Below are positions 58,583-64,000 of a DNA stretch of 64,000 nucleotides, one piece after another. The position numbers were made by a program, and so were the translations under genes. The notes beneath the pieces were generated by a model, which saw only the letters and a program-made list of their open reading frames with translations, had not been told where the DNA came from and did not search any database. Every line of letters starts with the position of its first letter. The stretch's first letter is position 1. The stretch is from Candidatus Xenobia bacterium (GTDB taxonomy: Bacteria > Vulcanimicrobiota > Xenobia > Xenobiales > QWHO01): NCBI GenBank assembly GCA_045863235.1, contig BTUM01000001.1, positions 32,001 through 96,000 on the forward strand, given 5' to 3'.

Positions 58583-60847
58583 GTGAAAATCGTGCCGCTC
58601 ACGCATCCGGCCCCGATCAGCCAGCCCCTGCGGGCCGGTCCGGCTATCTCCTTGTCCGCCGATTCCTCCTCCACCAGCGGCTTCGACCTGGCCCGCATCC
58701 TGGCCGAGACGGCCCCCAGGGCCGCTTCGTTGGCCTCCAAAATGAAACACGAGTTCGTCGAGGGTGAGGTGCTGGTCAAACTGCACCCGGGTCTATCGGC
58801 TCGAGATCTGGGTGGCTTCGCGGGGGACTACGGGGCCAGCGTGATCAAGCAGTACCGCATTCCCGAGTCCATGAAAGGCAAGATGCAGGGCGAGCTGGTG
58901 CGATTGCAGCTGGCGCCTGGAATGAGCACGGCTCAGGCGCTGGCGGCCATGGAGGCCGACGGTCGCGTCAGCTATGCCGCCTCCAACGATATCGTGACGG
59001 CCACGCCGGAAGAGCCGGTCCCCGAGCGTTCTTGCTGCGCTCCGCCCGAGAGCCAGCCGACCGAGCCGCGTTTGCCCAACGATCTGGATGCACGCCAGTG
59101 GGCCCTCTCCAATACCGGTCAGACGGGCGGTACGGCCGGGGCGGACATCGGCGCTCCCATGGCCTGGGGCATCGCCACGGGCCAGCGCCAGGACGGACCG
59201 ATCATCGCCCTGGTCGATTCGGGCATCGACTACAATCACCCCGATCTCAACGCCAACATGTGGCGCAACCCGGGCGAGACGGCCGATGGACAGGACAATG
59301 ACGGCAACGGGATCGTAGACGACGTGTACGGGGCTTGTTTTCATCCTCATCACGGCGACCCCAAGGATGACAACCGACACGGCACTCACATTGCTGGCAT
59401 CATCGGGGCAGACACCAACAACGGCCAGGGGGTTGCCGGGGTGATGTGGGAAACCCGGCTGATGGCGGTCAAGTTTCTGGAAAAGAGCGGTCGGGGCAAG
59501 ATTTCCGAGGCCATTGAGGGCATCCTCTACGCCACCGAAAAGGGGGCGCGCATCACCACTCAGGCCTGGGGATCCACCGTGCACAATCAGGCGCTCTTCG
59601 AGGTGCTGGGAGCCTCGCCGGCCCTGCATATCTGCGCTGCCGGAAACGACCGCCAGGACAATGATACCTTCCCCATCTACCCGGGCAATTTCGACCTGCC
59701 CAACATGATTACGGTGGCCTCCTCAACTCATGAAGGCAAGCTCTCTCCCTTTAGCAATCGGGGCCAGAAGACCGTGCACCTGGCGGCTCCCGGCCTGGAG
59801 GTCTACAATACCGTCCTGGACGGGGAGTACAAGTCACTCGGTGGCACAGCCGCGGCAGTCGGTCACGTGGCCGGGGTGGCTGGACTGATCGCGAGTCGCT
59901 GGGCCGATTCGAGCAACGACCAGATCAAGACCAGAATTCTGAGCGGGGTTACCCCCCTGCCGGGCAACGAGGCCGACCGGGTGGCCACGGGTGGCATCTT
60001 GAATGCCCACCGCTCGCTGGAAGAGGACAATGTGGCTCCCGGTCAGCCCGCCGGGCTGCGGCTGGAGCAGTTGAGCAACCGGGGCTTCAAGCTGGGCTGG
60101 ACGGCTATGGGCGAGGATGGCTGCGGCGGTGCCCCGGCCACCCGTTACGAGCTGCGCTACTCCGCTTCGCCCATCGAGGAAGAGGGTGGGATCGACTTTG
60201 ACCTGGCCTCTCGCTCGGGAGTTTCGTTGAGCCGTCCCGGAGCGGTGGGGAGCCGCGAGCAGGCCACCGTCACCCTGAGTCCGTCCGGCGCCAATCGCCG
60301 ACTGAACGTGGCCCTGGCTGCAGTGGACAACGTGGGCAATCGCTCCACCCTGGCGCGCACCATTGTGGACGTTCCCGGGGTGCCGGTTGTTTTCGAGGAG
60401 CAGTTCGAAGCAGGCTCACCGGGTTGGATCGCCGAGGGTACCTGGGCCATGACCGAGCTGCCCGGACGGGGCAAGGTTTGGACCGACAGTCCGGGCGGGT
60501 CGTATCAGGACTCGCGCAATGACAGCCTCACATCGCCCTGGATTCCCCTGCGCGGCTGGCGCGACTGCAAGCTCCACTTTGAATCCCGTCACACCATCGA
60601 GAAAGAGCACGACGGCTGCAAGCTGGAGGTTCGTTCCAAGGACGGTTCCTGGGTGGAACTGGCCAACTTCGACGGCCACTCGGACTGGACCAACCGCGAG
60701 TTTGACCTCTCTTTCTTGAACGGCAAGGAGATCCAGGTGCGCTTCCGCTTGCAGACCGACGACTCGCGCACTTCGGACGGTATCTACGTGGACAACTTCG
60801 TAGTCACGGGTCGCAAAACCACCGAGGAGGAGCCGCCCGCTCCCTGA
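58583..60847 (+). CDS. S8 subtilase homologue with FN3-like and immune-inhibitor-A-like C-terminal domains (catalytic Ser absent)
   Basis: LVDSG, HGTHIAG, AAGND, GTAAA; GTG start after GGAGG. Confidence 0.88.
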   Translation: MKIVPLTHPAPISQPLRAGPAISLSADSSSTSGFDLARILAETAPRAASLASKMKHEFVEGEVLVKLHPGLSARDLGGFAGDYGASVIKQYRIPESMKGKMQGELVRLQLAPGMSTAQALAAMEADGRVSYAASNDIVTATPEEPVPERSCCAPPESQPTEPRLPNDLDARQWALSNTGQTGGTAGADIGAPMAWGIATGQRQDGPIIALVDSGIDYNHPDLNANMWRNPGETADGQDNDGNGIVDDVYGACFHPHHGDPKDDNRHGTHIAGIIGADTNNGQGVAGVMWETRLMAVKFLEKSGRGKISEAIEGILYATEKGARITTQAWGSTVHNQALFEVLGASPALHICAAGNDRQDNDTFPIYPGNFDLPNMITVASSTHEGKLSPFSNRGQKTVHLAAPGLEVYNTVLDGEYKSLGGTAAAVGHVAGVAGLIASRWADSSNDQIKTRILSGVTPLPGNEADRVATGGILNAHRSLEEDNVAPGQPAGLRLEQLSNRGFKLGWTAMGEDGCGGAPATRYELRYSASPIEEEGGIDFDLASRSGVSLSRPGAVGSREQATVTLSPSGANRRLNVALAAVDNVGNRSTLARTIVDVPGVPVVFEEQFEAGSPGWIAEGTWAMTELPGRGKVWTDSPGGSYQDSRNDSLTSPWIPLRGWRDCKLHFESRHTIEKEHDGCKLEVRSKDGSWVELANFDGHSDWTNREFDLSFLNGKEIQVRFRLQTDDSRTSDGIYVDNFVVTGRKTTEEEPPAP

Positions 60848-61374
60848 TGGCCTGGATCTTTGGTTACGGCTCCATCATCTGGAATCCGGGCTTTCCCTAC
60901 CTGGAGCGCTCGTTGGCCCGGGCCGAGGGCTGGAAGCGTCGTTTCTGGCAGGGCTCGACCGACCACCGCGGCGTGCCCGAGCGGCCCGGTCGGGTGGTGA
61001 CGCTTGTGCGCGACCGGCGCGAAAGTTGCGTGGGGATGGCTTATCGGGTCGATCCAGCCCAGGCGACCATCATCTCCGAGCGGCTCGACTACCGAGAAAA
61101 GGGCGGATACCAACGCCTGGAAGTCCAGCTGCATTTGGCCGACTCGCGCCAGGTCCAGGCTTTGACCTACGTGGCCCGGCCGGGCAATCCAGACTACCTC
61201 GGGGCCGACCGGCCTCAGGTCCTGGCCCGTCAGATCTTGCAAGCGAGCGGGCCATCTGGCCAGAACTGGGATTATTTGCAGCGGCTGGCTCGGGTACTGC
61301 GCGACCTGGGCGTACACGATCCCCACGTTTTCGGACTGGAGAGCCTGTGCCAGCGCTTACTCCGGGGAGGGTAA
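60847..61374 (+). CDS. ChaC-family gamma-glutamylcyclotransferase
   Basis: WIFGYGS, FWQGSTDHRG, PGRVVTL, LDYREK, GPSGQN. Confidence 0.92.
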   Translation: MAWIFGYGSIIWNPGFPYLERSLARAEGWKRRFWQGSTDHRGVPERPGRVVTLVRDRRESCVGMAYRVDPAQATIISERLDYREKGGYQRLEVQLHLADSRQVQALTYVARPGNPDYLGADRPQVLARQILQASGPSGQNWDYLQRLARVLRDLGVHDPHVFGLESLCQRLLRGG

Positions 61375-63543
61375 CCGCAGGTAGGCGCCCTGGCGCAGCT
61401 CGACCAGGTAGACCGGGCGTCGCCCGTCCTGGTGGCCCGGGCTAAACGAGCCCGTCACCCCATGAAAGGTGCGTGTGGCGAGGTCCGCGCGAATACGGGC
61501 TCGGTCCCCTCCGCTCCGCTCCACCGCCTGGATGGTCACGTTGAAGGCATCATAAGCGGCCGCTTCGCGGTGGCCTGGTTTGAAGTTGAAGAGCTTTTGA
61601 AACTCGCTCGAAAAGCGGGTCACTTCGGGCAGGGGCGAGTCGGGGTCGAAAGGAGTGGACATCAAGAGGCCGTCCAGCTCAGGCGTCCAGAGCTCGGCCA
61701 GGGTTGAGTTGTAAGGTGCCACGTGGCAGGCCACCAGCGTCTTGAGCCCGGCCTGGCGAAGCTTGCGCGTGAAGGCCGCTACCAGTGTCGCTCGATAGTC
61801 GGCCAGGAAGATGCAGTCGGCCTGAGAGGCCTTGATGGCTCGGATCTGGCGCGAGAAGTCTGGATCGGCCAGGTTGAAAGTGATGTTCAGCACCACCTTG
61901 CCGCCCTGCCCCTCGAATTGTTGCTGGAACTCCTGGGCCAGGGAGGCGCTCAGCCGACTTTCCTCATCCACCATGATGGCCGCTCGCTTGAGGCCCAGTT
62001 GCACGGATCGGGCTGCCAGAACTTCAATGCGCTTCTTGTGGGTATCCGCCACGGTGAACACGTAAGGGCCGATGCTGGCCACCCGAGGGTCGGAGGCCAG
62101 GGGCGAGACCATGGGAAAGTTGGCCACATTGAGAAAGGGCGCCAGCGCCATGGTGCGCTGACTGTCGAAAGGACCGATTCCGGCCGAGTAGTCGCTTTGC
62201 TGGGAGACCTGCTGGGCTTGTTCCAGGCCCCGATCCACCAGTGATCCGTCGTCCAGGACGTCCAGTACGGCCGGCCGGTCCGGGTGAGCGGCGTTGTAGT
62301 GGCGCTGGGCCAGTAGCAATCCATGCAAGATCTGGTAACCGTCTCGTCCGGCCGAGCCGGTGAGCGAGGTCAACACGGGCAGGCGCAGCACTTTCCGGCC
62401 TCCGGATTGGGCCCGCGCGTTCTCGAGCAGGATACCCAGGGCTGCCTCCTCGGGGTGATTGGTGGCTTCTGAACCGAGAGTCTGCAGAACTTTGTCATAC
62501 TGGCCCTGGTCGTAGAGAGCCTGGCCGGCTTCGCGCAGGGCGGAGGTGGCCATGAACCGCTCGTAGGCGTCGTGGATCTCGGGAGGGGGCTTCTCCTGGC
62601 CCATGCGAGCCATCAACACAAAGAGTCCCGACAACACGGCGATGGTGGCCAGGGCCAGCATTCCGGCCAGCCAGGTTGGCGCCTGGCGCCGTCGCCGCTC
62701 GCGCCGGTCGCGTCGCCGCAGCACGGTTGCACGCGGCTCGATGACTTCCAGAGCTGAGCGCATGGCGGCGATCAGGTCGCCCGTATTGGCGTAGCGGTCC
62801 CTGGGCTCGGGCTCGAGACAGCGGTTCACGATGGCCACGGTAGCCGCGCTCAGGTCGCGTCGGTGCTGGTCGATGCGATTGGTGCCGTAGTTTGGGCTGG
62901 GGTGCTTGCCGGTGAGGGCGAAATAGAGCGTGGCTCCCAGCGAGTAGACGTCCGAGCGGGCATCGGTCTGGTGCAGGTCCTCCCACAGCTCGGGGGGGGC
63001 GTAGCCGGCCGAGCCGGAGGCGTGGGTATCGCGCCTCTTGTCAGGTCGGTAGTAGCGAGCCAATCCGAAGTCAACCAGCTTGACATGGCGCCCCCCGTCG
63101 CAGACGATCACATTCATGGGTTTGAGGTCCCGGTAGATGATGGGGCGCTCCTGCCCGTGCAGGTAGTCAAGCACCAGGGCGATCTCCAGGCCCCAGCGCA
63201 GGGCATCGGCCTCTGATACGGGGCCGTCCTTTTGCACCAGGTGCAATAGCTCGGGACCCTCGACGTACTCCATGACCAGATACTGGCGATCGCCGTCCAC
63301 GAAATAGTCGATCAGCTCGGGGAGCTGGCGGTGGCGCAGAGTGCTGAGCATGGCCGCCTCTTGCTCGAAGCTCTCGCGGGCCTGAGCGGCCAGAGCGGGG
63401 TCAGAGCAGAGCATCTCTTTGAGGGCCCAGCGCTTTCCGGGCAGGCGCAGATCCTCACAGAGGTAGACCACCCCCATCCCGCCCCGCCCCAGGACGCTGA
63501 GGATCTTGTAGCGCTGCTGCAGCAACTGGGGTCTTGTGCTCAA
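61357..63543 (-). CDS. Hanks Ser/Thr kinase - TM - periplasmic LivJ-like ligand-binding domain
   Basis: LGRGGMGVVY, YRDLKPMN, DFG, APPE; TM; 'SLTG', 'IGPFDS', 'AYDA', 'FHGVTG'. Confidence 0.92.
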   Translation of the reverse strand: MSTRPQLLQQRYKILSVLGRGGMGVVYLCEDLRLPGKRWALKEMLCSDPALAAQARESFEQEAAMLSTLRHRQLPELIDYFVDGDRQYLVMEYVEGPELLHLVQKDGPVSEADALRWGLEIALVLDYLHGQERPIIYRDLKPMNVIVCDGGRHVKLVDFGLARYYRPDKRRDTHASGSAGYAPPELWEDLHQTDARSDVYSLGATLYFALTGKHPSPNYGTNRIDQHRRDLSAATVAIVNRCLEPEPRDRYANTGDLIAAMRSALEVIEPRATVLRRRDRRERRRRQAPTWLAGMLALATIAVLSGLFVLMARMGQEKPPPEIHDAYERFMATSALREAGQALYDQGQYDKVLQTLGSEATNHPEEAALGILLENARAQSGGRKVLRLPVLTSLTGSAGRDGYQILHGLLLAQRHYNAAHPDRPAVLDVLDDGSLVDRGLEQAQQVSQQSDYSAGIGPFDSQRTMALAPFLNVANFPMVSPLASDPRVASIGPYVFTVADTHKKRIEVLAARSVQLGLKRAAIMVDEESRLSASLAQEFQQQFEGQGGKVVLNITFNLADPDFSRQIRAIKASQADCIFLADYRATLVAAFTRKLRQAGLKTLVACHVAPYNSTLAELWTPELDGLLMSTPFDPDSPLPEVTRFSSEFQKLFNFKPGHREAAAYDAFNVTIQAVERSGGDRARIRADLATRTFHGVTGSFSPGHQDGRRPVYLVELRQGAYLRLPSPE

Positions 63544-63618
63544 GCTGCTAGGCAGTTTCTGTGAGACCGAGGGGGGGACCTTTCTGCATCCTCGCCCGCC
63601 CGGACCGGCGCGCGACGA

Positions 63619-63837
63619 CTACTTGCGCGGCTGGCAATCGATCACCCGGCAGCCGGTGACCGAGGTCCCGACCAGGCTGTGCACGATCTTTTCTGCAGCT
63701 TCCTGGCCCGCTTGCAGGGCCTGGGCATGATCGCTGGCCTCGACGGTGACCTGGACCAGTGACCTGTCCACTTCCGGCCCGCCGTGGAGCTGGCAGGTGA
63801 CCACCCACTGTCTCTTCTTTGCGAACAGGCTACCCAC
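63619..63837 (-). CDS. small hypothetical protein
   Basis: 72-aa ORF overlapping the upstream gene end; GAGG RBS. Confidence 0.5.
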   Translation of the reverse strand: MGSLFAKKRQWVVTCQLHGGPEVDRSLVQVTVEASDHAQALQAGQEAAEKIVHSLVGTSVTGCRVIDCQPRK

Positions 63838-64000
63838 CGGTCAGCCTCACCTCGGCCGTTGCTGGATCGAGTTCGAGTCCAAGCACCGTCCGGCCGAGCT
63901 CGGGATGGCGCAGCAGAAGCTCGGCCAGGGGGCGAACGATCAGAGTCTCCACGGCTCGCTGCAGGGGACGCGCCCCGTAACGATGGTCATAGCCTTGCCG
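63830..64000 (-). CDS. C-terminus of a ClpA/B/C-family AAA+ ATPase (partial)
   Basis: GYDHRYGARPLQRAVETLIVRPLA motif, ending TGG-stop. Confidence 0.85.
   Translation of the reverse strand, partial: RQGYDHRYGARPLQRAVETLIVRPLAELLLRHPELGRTVLGLELDPATAEVRLTGG

Overview
GC-rich (roughly 64% by eye) bacterial chromosomal window, mostly housekeeping genes. The mix of SLH-coiled-coil-beta-barrel outer-membrane proteins, an lptC-lptB-lptF/G-DUF3084-yqgF cluster and a Bacillus-type sdhCAB suggests a diderm Terrabacteria lineage, perhaps Eremiobacterota/Vulcanimicrobiota or an Armatimonadota relative (inference only). Recognisable genes: thrS, sdhCAB, nfo, lptB, secA, prfB (programmed +1 frameshift), proBA, dnaE, an ECF sigma/anti-sigma pair, a secreted CHAT protease, a Ser/Thr kinase-periplasmic sensor and a Clp ATPase C-terminus. 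Most notable observations: (1) a complex I NuoI subunit apparently split by an inserted GltD/SudA-like NAD(P)H flavoprotein, coupled to a degenerate NifU-Smr fusion; (2) a candidate ~120-nt sRNA with its own sigma70 promoter, terminator and anti-Shine-Dalgarno motif, divergent from a MerR-like gene across a DnaA-box cluster; (3) a class C group II intron behind a terminator, between two tandem SLH-porin paralogues, whose RT ORF is fragmented with pieces inverted in place; (4) several full-length pseudoenzymes (M14, S8, ABC ATPase, GGDEF); (5) a probable CTG start codon. All calls come from reading motifs by eye; no database searches were run.
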